In this document: in pieces, positions 7,627 to 16,958 of the stretch | How the letters are laid out: each line of letters opens with the position of its first letter | Position numbering within the stretch: the first letter of the stretch is position 1 | DNA from: an uncultured Bacilli bacterium | GTDB lineage: Bacteria > Bacillota_I > Bacilli_A > RF39 > UBA660 | Reading direction: 5' to 3' | DNA length: 38,846 bases | Assembly (NCBI GenBank): GCA_947632375.1 | Contig: CANRPF010000013.1 | Span: forward strand, 1 to 38,846 | The notes under the pieces: generated by a model | What the model was told of the DNA's origin: nothing | Seen by the model: only the letters and a program-made list of their open reading frames with translations | Databases searched by the model: none | Translations under genes and position numbers: made by a program

Positions 7627-9957
7627 AGCAATAGCTTTTGCACCTCTCAATAGATTCTGATCATATCTTTGCGCAGTTCTAAATTCTGCATTTAATTGAG
7701 TTGCTGTTAAAATAAATATCCCATATTGATTACATAAATCTTTTAATCTAGTTGAAATCATAAATAATATATTATCTTCCCGCAATCCTTTTACTTTTGC
7801 TTTTGAAGATATTTCACTAAGAATTTTCATACTACTATGAATATAATCAAATCCTACATACTTAATATTAAAATCTCTAACGCCTCTTTTAATAGTATTT
7901 TCTATATCCTGCAATGAAAAATCTGGTAATTCTTCTATATAAATAGGACATTTTTTTAATAAATTAGCCGCGTATATTACTCTATTCAATTCATCTCCAT
8001 AGTAAGTATTATAAATAATATGCTCTTCATTAACATTTGCAAGAAAAGCCATCATCATTGTTTGTACTTCATCTAATTCTTGTTCTGTTGTAATAAATAA
8101 AGATGGCTCTTTAGTGCCATTTTTTATCCATTTGCCTTGAGTTAAATCGTATATCTCATCACATGCAATATTACATACATCCGCGATCATAGAACGAGTA
8201 TTATGTGTTACTATATAATCATTCATTAAAAATAAATGCTCTTCATTATCAACATAAAAACAGGTCATTTCTTCTGAATAATTTAATTTTTCTATTTTTA
8301 CAATAGGATTAAATAAATTTAATTCTTTTTTCTTTCCATTATTAAACCAAGATAATATTAAATCATGTTTTCTCTTCAATCTAAATAATTTTATTTTATT
8401 TTGAGGACTACCAATTATTTCTATCTTATAAAGAGGAAGAGAATCTTTATGATTATCTTCTAACCATGAAGCTTTAAAACCTAAACTTAAACATAATTCT
8501 ATTATATTATCTCTTAATTGTGGGCTTACAGTATAATAACTTATTCTACCTTTTTTTGAATCTATTGATCCATCAGTATCTAATAATCCATTTAATAAAT
8601 CTAATCTTTGTTCAACGCTACCTTCAAGATATTGTTTTGGAATAAATTTATCTTCAGATTTACACTGCATTAATTCAGGATATTCTTTAAGAGCTTCTTC
8701 TACCCAAACATTTATATGAGTATTACAATTAGGATCTTCAAAATTCCAATTATAATTAAATTTACTCGTTTTTTTACAAATCCAATTCATTTCATTAGCA
8801 AGAGCAGTTGGTAGTTCTTCATTTTTACTACTGAAAGATAGTGCTTTATTGCTCTTAGAATATCTAAAACTTCCATCTCCCAATAATAATCCCATGGTAT
8901 AGGGAGTTAAATAAAAATTCTTTTTAGAATACTGTACAGGTTGCTGCATAGGAATTAAAATTTGATAACCATGTCCATTTTTATATAATGGCATATTATT
9001 AATTTCTTTTAAAGTTTTTGTATTAAATTTTCTGGATAATTTAGATTCTTTTTTTTGTCCTTCAGTACAAAAACTCCATAAATGTTCATCACAACATTTT
9101 GCTTTTCTACCATCTTTAAAAGATATTTCCCATACTTCTTTTTCTCCTTGAGGATAAACAGCTTTAACTTTAGTTGGTTTCCCAAAAGCATCAAAAAGAT
9201 AATCTCCCACCTTAATATCTTCAACTTTCCGTTGCCCTTGAGGAGTTGGAAGAATAGTTGAATTAGGCAATGCTTTTCCTACTCCTGTTGAAGCTGATCT
9301 AAGATAAAATTTCTTTAAGCGGGCGCCGCGTGTAATTGTATTAATAATAGGTCCATAAAGCGGATAGCCTATTTCAGGAGTTGTTTGAAGGCGTTTTATT
9401 AGCTCTAAGGCACCGTCACCTGCGTTTACTAATATATTTTCTTTATTATCAACACAATTTAATCTTATATCTAAAATTTTTTGATCAATTATATCGGCAA
9501 TATCTTCAATAGAATGATTGTCGAGCCAATCTTCTTGAGCCTGTTTCTTTTTTATATCTAATATATTATCTATATCATATAACCAAGAAAGATCCATTCC
9601 TAAATCTTGATAAGCTCTTAATAATGTCATTTTTTTCATTCTATTGTAATAATAATCAAAAGCAGCTAATTGAGTAGTCTCACTTATTTTTTGAAGATAT
9701 TCCGCGCCTTTATATGTTTTATATACAGCTAATTTTTTTGGTCGTTGTGCTAAATAATCTTCTATTGCGGTGATATTTATTTTAATAGCTCCAAGAGCAT
9801 GAAGATTATAAATTGAACCAAATAAGATTCTATGAAATTCTTCAGGAAAATCTTCTTCTCTAAAATTGTATTTATCTTCTATATCTAATAAAGATGGATT
9901 GTTATAAATACCACCTATTACCTGAATAATTGCTGCCGTATCTACATATTTACCCAT
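7627..9957 (-). CDS. dnaB: DnaB-like replicative helicase, exon 1, including an in-frame intein (8200-9273)
   Basis: The N-terminus has DnaB features. The Walker A sequence is interrupted: ...LRSASTGVGK | intein | TRSMIADVCNIA. Removing the intein restores GVGKT. The H4-like region is ...LRGAKAIA. Confidence 0.8.
8200..9273 (-). mobile_element. intein (358 aa) with a LAGLIDADG homing-endonuclease domain, inserted in the DnaB P-loop
   Basis: It begins at Ala229 (ALPNSTIL...) and ends ...YIVTHN, with +1 Thr. Two LAGLIDADG motifs are present, LLGDGSF and LLDTDGSI. Excision gives a 424-aa DnaB with an intact GxxGxGKT. Confidence 0.8.
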
Positions 9958-9965
9958 CTTTTATT

Positions 9966-10475
9966 TTACTCCTTATCTAAATCAAATAATTTATTTTTTT
10001 TTCTTTCTGAATTAGGAGAAACAATTTGAATCATTTTTATTTTAGGTTTATAATCTTCAATATTCTTTCCCTCATTCGCGGTTTTTGCTAAATATAAACT
10101 ATAATAATAGTCATGTGCTTTATCATATATATAAGGAATAATACCTATTCCATAATTAGCTTCTTCATTCTTAAATTTATGGCCTTTTATTTCATACCAA
10201 TAAAATAAAGTTTTTAACATGCCAGAATAACTATATTTATATTCTTGTCGATAATCTCTTATTTGTTTTCTTACTTTTGCATTAATATAATTTTGACCAA
10301 ATAAATTTTTAATATATTTTTCTAATTCTTCAAGATCTTCTTCATCTTTAGTTTTTTTAGTTAAATATTTTTCTGCGCATTCTTTATGGGCATATTGTCT
10401 TTCTTTTATTTTTACAAACTCTATTTTGTCTCTATCAAATTTTTCTTTACAATAAATACAAGTAACATAATGCAT
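9966..10475 (-). CDS. hypothetical protein with an N-terminal Zn-ribbon-like CxxC...HxxC
   Basis: Complete ORF with RBS AAGGAG. No recognisable family. Confidence 0.4.
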   Translation of the reverse strand: MHYVTCIYCKEKFDRDKIEFVKIKERQYAHKECAEKYLTKKTKDEEDLEELEKYIKNLFGQNYINAKVRKQIRDYRQEYKYSYSGMLKTLFYWYEIKGHKFKNEEANYGIGIIPYIYDKAHDYYYSLYLAKTANEGKNIEDYKPKIKMIQIVSPNSERKKNKLFDLDKE

Positions 10476-10508
10476 TAATTTGCACTCCTTTGTATTTCTT
10501 CTCTTATA

Positions 10509-10537
10509 ATTATAACATATTTTTTCATATAAATCAA
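10509..10537 (-). promoter_or_regulatory. sigma70-like promoter TTGATT-17-TATAAT with a TGt extended -10
   Basis: Minus-strand sequence is TTGATTtatatgaaaaaatatgtTATAAT, followed by RBS AAGGAG and the ATG of 9966-10475. Confidence 0.5.
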
Positions 10538-10542
10538 ATTAA

Positions 10543-10562
10543 GGCGCGGTATATACCGCGCC
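10543..10562 (-). terminator. rho-independent terminator after the AAA_24 ATPase gene
   Basis: Perfect palindromic hairpin GGCGCGGTATATACCGCGCC, followed by a U-rich stretch on the minus strand. Confidence 0.5.
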
Positions 10563-10566
10563 TATT

Positions 10567-11208
10567 TTATTTAAGCCATTCTTTTAATTCAGTATTAATC
10601 ATTTGAATCATTTCTACTTGATCTCTTGTGCATTGATTAATTTTTTTACCTTTACCTAAGTATTTTTCTATAATATGAGTAATCTTAGGACTATAATCTT
10701 GTTCAAATTCTTCTTTATCAATAGTTTCAATAAGGTTGTTAATCATTGAATTAAATTCATTTATTAATTTATCAAAATCTAATTCTTCTGCTTTTGTTAT
10801 AACATTTTTTTCTGTTGTGATATAATCTTCGCCATGTACTTCTGCTTCTTTATCAATAGCGATATTTAAAGCTTCTACAAGAGCATCATAAGATGAATGA
10901 ATTTCAGATGGAATATATTTTAGGCGGCCGCCGCATCTTACTGAACCATCTAAACTTCTTAAAGTAATAACAACCTCATTTTTACCATCTTTAAAAACTG
11001 GATGCAAGTATCCATAAATATCAACCATATTTTCTACAATACTATTATAACTAGTCGATACACTTGGATAAATTTGTGTAAATTCTGTACCATCTTGTCT
11101 TTTAAAAGTTCCCTCTTTGGAATGAGAAATAAATACAATAGCATAACCTAACTGTGCTATTGCTTGAAAGACATCTTCAAATTCTTTCTTTAAAGCTGAC
11201 CATCCTCC
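10567..11208 (-). CDS. Sak4/AAA_24-like phage ATPase, exon 3
   Basis: GGWSALKKEFEDVFQAIAQLGYAIVFISHSKE... shows an ISH sensor typical of RecA-like AAA_24 proteins. The supplied ORF's TTG 'M' is the last intron codon. The 3' splice site follows G at 11209. Confidence 0.65.
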   Translation of the reverse strand, partial: GGWSALKKEFEDVFQAIAQLGYAIVFISHSKEGTFKRQDGTEFTQIYPSVSTSYNSIVENMVDIYGYLHPVFKDGKNEVVITLRSLDGSVRCGGRLKYIPSEIHSSYDALVEALNIAIDKEAEVHGEDYITTEKNVITKAEELDFDKLINEFNSMINNLIETIDKEEFEQDYSPKITHIIEKYLGKGKKINQCTRDQVEMIQMINTELKEWLK

Positions 11209-12326
11209 CAATTATGTTATCGTAAAGGTTTTTTATCCTTTACTTCTTACATTTACTTATTCATGTAAGTTCAGCATATCTTTTAATCTTATTGCTCTGA
11301 AATAAGATCCGAAGCCTCGTGGGAACTATATTTCAATAATAATTCAGTATAATGCAAATATTTTCTTTGCATTCTAAGAGCTTTTGTAGAAGGTAATTTA
11401 TAAAATAATTTATATAATTTTAATCCATTTTCATAATTATAAAAATAAAGTCTATATATTTGTAAATTTACTATTGAAGATTTTTTAGTTATTTTAGAAT
11501 GAATATCATATTCTTTTAACACTTTTTGAATATGTTCTAAAGTTGCTAAAGAAGTTGAATCTATTTGCCAAGAAATCGTTCCATTGCTCCATTTAATAGA
11601 TCCGTCGCCATCAAAAAAACCTCTTATAAAATCAATATAATATTTTGGTTCGATATTTCGTAAAAAATCTAAATTATAATTTGTTTTGTTTGGTATTATA
11701 TTATATAAACTAAGGTCTTTTTTTATTTGCATTGAAAAGAAATATAGTTTACTATTTTTAGTACCTTTACTATGATTTTCATAATCTTTTACAGGTCTTT
11801 CATTTTGAATTTCACTGTTTATTTTCTCTAAGATTTCCTTATCTTGTCTTTGTAATTCTATATATATTTGATTTTGACTTTTTGCTACGCACCCATCAGA
11901 TGCCAACATCCCTAAAATATATGCAGAATTATGAGACTGATTATGAATATCAAAATAGTTATCATTTATTTTATAAGTTCTATTGCTTAATTTGGAATTA
12001 TTAAAGTTACTTGTACGTCTAATTTCAATATTATTTTCTTGTAAAACTCTAACTATGACTTTATCCGTATGATTATATCTTTTAGCTATTTTTTTTCTAG
12101 GCTCTCCATTTTTATAACTTTCACAAATATCCTTTATTTCTTCTTTTGAAAAATTTACTCGTTTAGCCATACCGGTCAAACTCCTTCTATATTATTGTTT
12201 AATGTTCCTATGCGTTGCGCGTGTTATAACTTTTAAATTATAACTTCCGCTCTGATTAGCATTTCAGCCTTCCAGTTTTTGCTTCGTTTTCACTAATATA
12301 TCACTATACTAGGCGGCAGAGATCCT
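11209..12326 (-). mobile_element. group I-type intron 2 of the ATPase gene, carrying a LAGLIDADG HEG
   Basis: Exon 2 ends ...EVPYG with ggU. The intron 5' core (12200-12300) is homologous to the intron 1 5' core (13610-13700). The exon 2 + exon 3 frame is restored. R/S core elements were not confidently identified. Confidence 0.6.
11289..12179 (-). CDS. LAGLIDADG homing endonuclease with an N-terminal HTH (intron-encoded)
   Basis: Motifs AYILGMLASDGCV and IRGFFDGDGSI. The likely true start is MAKRVNF, with RBS GGAG upstream. Confidence 0.8.
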   Translation of the reverse strand: MTGMAKRVNFSKEEIKDICESYKNGEPRKKIAKRYNHTDKVIVRVLQENNIEIRRTSNFNNSKLSNRTYKINDNYFDIHNQSHNSAYILGMLASDGCVAKSQNQIYIELQRQDKEILEKINSEIQNERPVKDYENHSKGTKNSKLYFFSMQIKKDLSLYNIIPNKTNYNLDFLRNIEPKYYIDFIRGFFDGDGSIKWSNGTISWQIDSTSLATLEHIQKVLKEYDIHSKITKKSSIVNLQIYRLYFYNYENGLKLYKLFYKLPSTKALRMQRKYLHYTELLLKYSSHEASDLISEQ

Positions 12327-12592
12327 ACCGTATGGAACTTCACCAAGAGCATTTACTCCTTTTTGTGAACAAATATATTTTTCACACATTGTAGCAGCTC
12401 TATCAACTGTATCAATTACTATTGTAGAAAATTTTTCTTTTACTCCCTCTTTAGCTAATTCTCTAACTACTTGTTTAATATCTGACCATTTTGTAATATC
12501 TTGGGCAAATACACCAGGTAGTGCATTGTACCCTCTTTCAGTTGCTAATAAAAGAGGGTTTGGAAACTGCGATGCTAAAGTCGACTTCCCTG
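12327..12592 (-). CDS. Sak4/AAA_24-like phage ATPase, exon 2
   Basis: (S)GKSTLASQFPNPLLLATERGYNAL...STIVIDTVD carries the Walker A GKST and Walker B IVID. The upstream part of the supplied 135-aa ORF is intron. Confidence 0.7.
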
Positions 12593-13730
12593 CTTTTGGC
12601 ATTATCTTATTAATTAGGTTTTTTATCCTAATTCTGGAGGTTTCCCTCATCATTATATTCGGAAAGTTTAGGAATATAACTACAATCAGTCTTTTCTGAT
12701 TCAGATGAGCATACATTTTCTACCTTCTTTTTAAAGGTAGCCTTGGCTCGTGGGTCTAATTTTTCTATTCTATAAGAACAAAAATCTAAAAATTTATCTT
12801 TCTTTCTCTGTAAACATGGACTATCACTCATGAAAGAATAGAACCGATTTAATATCACATAGCTTCCAATAGTAGAGATTTCTAATGAATATAAATTATT
12901 CCCAGATGGTTTTAAATTACAATAAATACCAACATGACAATTATATTCGGATTCAATTAATTTTTTAAATTCTTCTAAAATTCCTTTTTTATAAGAACAA
13001 ATTTTAAATGTTCCTTGTAAAGTATTTTTATTCCAAGAAAAAGAACCATCGCCATCAAAATACCCTTTTAAAAAGTACCATTTAAGATTATTATCTGGAA
13101 TATTTTTCATTGTTATTCCAATATAAGTTTTATCTGGAATAATAGAATACTTTTTTAAATCTTCTTTTATTTGTTTAGAATTAAATCTATAACTAGAAAT
13201 AGCATACCCCTTATTATTTATTGTAGATGAAATCTTATGAGCAGATTTCAACTTTTTTTTAAATTCTTCTAGCCATTTAATATCAATAGAAGCTAAAGCA
13301 ATTTTAATTTCATTATCTTTTTTTCTAACAGTTCCATCTGCTGCTAAAAAACCTAAATAATAAGTATTCTCATTATTTAATTGACTGAAATATCCATGAT
13401 CAATAGCAAAGCCTCTGCTTTGATTTGTAATAATTAATTGCTCACGTCTATTGCGGATATGGATATGTTCATTATTTAAAATTTTTTTTATATCATCTAT
13501 GTGAATATTATAATCTTTTGAGCATTGAGTTAAAGATTTACCATTTTTATAATCTTCAATCAATAGGTTGTTCATAAATAAAACAAGCACTCCTTTTTAA
13601 ATTTTCTTATAGTTTCAGACCGATGCGTTGCGCGTGGCGCGACTTTTAAATCGCGCCTTCCGCTCGTATTAGCATTTTAAAGCCTTTACGGTTTTCCAAG
13701 GTAGTTCACAGTTACATTACTGCAACTGGG
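12593..13730 (-). mobile_element. group I-type intron 1 of the ATPase gene, carrying a LAGLIDADG HEG
   Basis: The 5' splice site follows U of ...caagugggU. The 3' splice site follows G of ccaaaaG. The junction gives GPQVGS|GKST, a perfect Walker A. Confidence 0.65.
12628..13590 (-). CDS. LAGLIDADG homing endonuclease with an N-terminal HTH (intron-encoded)
   Basis: Motifs LGFLAADGTV and LKGYFDGDGSF. The probable ATG is at MNNLL (around 13575), with RBS AAAGGAG. Confidence 0.8.
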   Translation of the reverse strand: MLVLFMNNLLIEDYKNGKSLTQCSKDYNIHIDDIKKILNNEHIHIRNRREQLIITNQSRGFAIDHGYFSQLNNENTYYLGFLAADGTVRKKDNEIKIALASIDIKWLEEFKKKLKSAHKISSTINNKGYAISSYRFNSKQIKEDLKKYSIIPDKTYIGITMKNIPDNNLKWYFLKGYFDGDGSFSWNKNTLQGTFKICSYKKGILEEFKKLIESEYNCHVGIYCNLKPSGNNLYSLEISTIGSYVILNRFYSFMSDSPCLQRKKDKFLDFCSYRIEKLDPRAKATFKKKVENVCSSESEKTDCSYIPKLSEYNDEGNLQN

Positions 13731-13818
13731 ACCCCACTTGAGGTCCGTATATATACGTAAAATATCCAGTCAAATCTCTTGATACCTTGTGGGGTTGAAG
13801 ATTTAATAAATCAATCAT
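13731..13818 (-). CDS. Sak4/AAA_24-like phage ATPase, exon 1 (29 codons + 1 nt)
   Basis: A strong RBS AGAGGAGG sits 7 nt before the ATG. The exon reads MIDLLNLQPHKVSRDLTGYFTYIYGPQVG(S), which is the AAA_24 N-terminal kilIyGppGsG pattern. It lies immediately after the upstream gene's stop. Confidence 0.65.
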
Positions 13819-13841
13819 TTATATCCTCCTCTATATCTCGA

Positions 13842-14801
13842 TTAAAAATTAAAAGTCCCATTAGTTACTGAATTTGTTACAAAAGAAGAAACATCACTCT
13901 TCGCTATTGAAGCTTGTGGTGCCGCAGCTTTATTTGCACGATATTCATCGCTTCTTTTCTTAACATCTGCAAGATATACTTCACGATTCTGCATTGCAGT
14001 TGTTAAATCTTTTCTTTCTTCTTCTCCAAACTCATAAGGAGTTCTTGCTGCTTGTGTAATCACCCATTCTTTTGTTGTCCTGGTTGAATTTGTAACTATA
14101 GCTTCTCCAAACGCGGTTTCCTCTGTGCGCGGAATTACAATAGTAGAACAAACAACATTACCCCAAATCTTAGTATATACTGGATTATTAGGACTTACAC
14201 CAAGACTTTCAAAATAACTAATGCCTGCGGGATTCTTAACTACAAAATCAAAAGGAAGAACATCATTTCTAAAATTAAAAATAGCTCCTTTCACAGAAAG
14301 ATAACCATCTTTGATACCTCTCTCTTCATCTGCCTCAATATTTATTACATTAGTAATAACAATATCAGCAATAAAAGTATTTCTATCAGATTCATTATCT
14401 TTTAAATCTGAAACCAGAGAAACAAATCCGCCCTCATTTGTTTTTGCAGATACAAGTGTATTATCCTGAGTATAAAAATCATTTAATGCCATTGCTACTC
14501 CATCAACACTTACTTTTGTAGCTTCATCTTTTCCAGATGTTACCCAGGACTTTCCTTCATCAATAATTTTCTTTAACGCGGTAAAAGTATTATTTCTTCC
14601 GCCTTTCTTTGTAGTTTCTGTTACATATGTGAAATGAACTGGCAATACATTAAGACCATTTTCATCTGTTGCGATTTCAAGATTTCCTGAAATAAATTCT
14701 TTTCCAAAATTTTCTGATTTTTGATTTTGTACTGTTTTAATTGCTAAATTATGTTGATAAATTCTACCTTCTATATGTTGAGTATTAATTGCTTTGCGCA
14801 T
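13842..14801 (-). CDS. hypothetical protein, possibly an ssDNA-binding or recombination-associated protein given its position beside the AAA_24 ATPase
   Basis: Complete 319-aa ORF with RBS AAAGGAG. It ends ...NGTFNF. No motif recognised, so the function call is contextual only. Confidence 0.25.
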   Translation of the reverse strand: MRKAINTQHIEGRIYQHNLAIKTVQNQKSENFGKEFISGNLEIATDENGLNVLPVHFTYVTETTKKGGRNNTFTALKKIIDEGKSWVTSGKDEATKVSVDGVAMALNDFYTQDNTLVSAKTNEGGFVSLVSDLKDNESDRNTFIADIVITNVINIEADEERGIKDGYLSVKGAIFNFRNDVLPFDFVVKNPAGISYFESLGVSPNNPVYTKIWGNVVCSTIVIPRTEETAFGEAIVTNSTRTTKEWVITQAARTPYEFGEEERKDLTTAMQNREVYLADVKKRSDEYRANKAAAPQASIAKSDVSSFVTNSVTNGTFNF

Positions 14802-14997
14802 ATTTATTCTCCTTTATCTATTTCTATTATAAAATCTTTTTAATTTCTTTTATTATTTTATTCCATTTATAGCCACCTGCTGTTTGTCTTTTTCCTAAAC
14901 AACATTCGCTTATATTACTAATATTAATTTTATTTTCTTTTCCTGCTAAAGAAATAGAAGGATATTCTTTAATAATTAAATTAGTTTTTTTATCAAT

Positions 14998-15522
14998 TTA
15001 TTGAATTATTTTTTTCTTTTTTACTTTTTTATTTATTTTTTTAAAATTTTTAATTTTTTTATTGCTATCTTTATATTTCCATTGAAAATCACCAGAGTAT
15101 TTGCGTTCTCCTCTGCAACAAGCACAAATGCCACTATGAGAAATTCCAGTAACTTGACTAGCTTGATTTGCACTTGGATAAGATGTTATATAAATTTCAT
15201 TTAATTCATACTGTTCAACTTCTTTTCCTTTTGCTAATCCAGTTCCATTGCTACCTCCTGGTACCATATTATATCCGTTTGGAATTAAAGTATTTTTTTC
15301 TTTTATCCAAAAATTTTCTCTTTCATCTAATTTTTCTACTTTACATTCTTCGATAATTTCAAAAGAAAAATTTTTTATGCCATATTTTCTTATAGCTCTA
15401 TGTATATAAAAATCATCTTTTGCACTTTTATGTTTAGAAAAACGATGTTCAATTTCAATACTTTGACCAATATAACATTTTCCATTTAGTAGATTCTCAA
15501 TTTTATAAATTCCACAAGACAT
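14998..15522 (-). CDS. freestanding GIY-YIG homing endonuclease
   Basis: Reads MSCGIYKIENLLNGKCYIGQSIEIEHRFSKHK...ENFWIKEKN...GYNMVPGG, followed by a C-terminal basic DNA-binding tail. Confidence 0.8.
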   Translation of the reverse strand: MSCGIYKIENLLNGKCYIGQSIEIEHRFSKHKSAKDDFYIHRAIRKYGIKNFSFEIIEECKVEKLDERENFWIKEKNTLIPNGYNMVPGGSNGTGLAKGKEVEQYELNEIYITSYPSANQASQVTGISHSGICACCRGERKYSGDFQWKYKDSNKKIKNFKKINKKVKKKKIIQ

Positions 15523-15617
15523 ATGCTTCTTCTCCTTTCACATAAATTGAAAATTCTTACTAAATGTTTTTTCAAATGTTCTTAATAATAAAAAATTCTT
15601 ATTTATTTTATACGAAT

Positions 15618-15646
15618 ATTATATCAAAAATTCTATATCTTGTCAA
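15618..15646 (-). promoter_or_regulatory. consensus sigma70 promoter TTGACA-17-TGATATAAT
   Basis: Minus-strand sequence is TTGACAagatatagaatttttgaTATAAT. Confidence 0.6.
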
Positions 15647-15647
15647 A

Positions 15648-16025
15648 TTAAAGATTATCGGACATATAATTAATACCTTTTTCTGTAAGACTATATGTAG
15701 TTGGACCTTTTCCAACTTTTGAAACAAGACCTTCTGTAATTAATTTTCTTACACATCCAGATACCGCATGACCAGAAATAGATAATCCTTCTCCAATATC
15801 GTTTGTTACAAAAGTATTATTATATTTATCTTTATTTTCATATAAAAAAGTTAAAACCTTTAATCCACTTTCTGTAACTGGTATCATAAATCTAACATTA
15901 TCTTTTTTTAAATCATTAAAAAAAGATAATGCTGAGTCATACTCTTCTTCATAGGCTTCTTTGATATAATCTTTTTCAAAAATTTCTTTTTGTACAATTT
16001 TAACAAAAGCTTCTTTTTTAGTCAT
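15648..16025 (-). CDS. winged-helix DNA-binding protein
   Basis: C-terminal wHTH, ...LSISGHAVSGCVRKLITEGLVSKVGKGPTTYSLTEKG. Confidence 0.5.
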   Translation of the reverse strand: MTKKEAFVKIVQKEIFEKDYIKEAYEEEYDSALSFFNDLKKDNVRFMIPVTESGLKVLTFLYENKDKYNNTFVTNDIGEGLSISGHAVSGCVRKLITEGLVSKVGKGPTTYSLTEKGINYMSDNL

Positions 16026-16059
16026 TATTTAATTAACCTTTCTATATATTTTATACATA

Positions 16060-16088
16060 TATTATATCATATTTAATTAAATAAATCA
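16060..16088 (-). promoter_or_regulatory. sigma70-like promoter TTGATT-17-TGATATAAT
   Basis: Minus-strand sequence is TTGATTtatttaattaaatatgaTATAAT. Confidence 0.55.
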
Positions 16089-16100
16089 ATTTATTATTTT

Positions 16101-16946
16101 TTATTGAAATAAAATTAGTTCATTCGCGTACGGTAACGATTCTACCCATTCACAAAATCCACCTTTTCCTGACCATTCTGAAAGCTTATGATTTTTACGT
16201 TGAAAATACATATTACGAAGATTCTCATAATTCATTGTTATAGTGCGGGTTTGCAACCATCCTTGCGGAAGCCACCGCACAAGTTCTTTCCAATATTTCT
16301 TATCTTTTGTTTCAATATATTTTTGTCTAAGTTCTTCTAAAAATGGAATTAAATCATGCTCAATAGTAAGAAGACCTTCATCATTAAGTGACTCTATGCA
16401 TTTTTTATCATAATCATCAATTTCAAAACAATCAATAGTAATAGGAGTTGATACTAAAGTATGCATTGAAGATGTACTATTTGTTGTAGTACCTATTTTA
16501 TATGTATCAGCCTCTTTCCACCAATAGACTGGAGCAGTAATATCTACACTTACAAAAATTTGACGTAAAAACTTTCTATGTTCAGGACCAGCTTTTATAA
16601 GTTTTTGAGCAAGAGCTAAATCATTCGGACCAATAAAAGCAACATCAATTATATCATTATCATCACTATCATTATAATATAAAATTCCGTTTTTTAATAG
16701 CCATTCATTATATTCATCTTCTAATTTGATTCTTTCATCTTCTTTATTATAATCTTCTGAATTTAAATCATAATAGGATGGATAATCTTTTTTTACATAT
16801 TTTTCAGCAACTTCATAACCATAAGCATCATAAATTTTATCTATGCATCCAAAGAAACTATCACTTTTATTCCAACTATTTAAAGGATTGCGAAGTCCTC
16901 TGAATGCACCTTCAAAATTAAATACTCGTGTATGTTCAAATTTCAT
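16101..16946 (-). CDS. ThyX-like (flavin-dependent thymidylate synthase fold) protein, divergent
   Basis: Blocks resemble ThyX. [23 protein letters not shown] aligns with ThyX [40 protein letters not shown] aligns with [20 protein letters not shown]. The RHR...S..RY substrate motif is not conserved; it reads ...[14 protein letters not shown]. Confidence 0.35.
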   Translation of the reverse strand: [281 protein letters not shown]

Positions 16947-16958
16947 CCTTTTATCTCC

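Noticed and set aside
9009-9224. Minus-strand 71-aa ORF inside the dnaB intein region, in a different frame.
   Set aside because: Overlapping out-of-frame ORF within the LAGLIDADG intein coding sequence. No independent signals.
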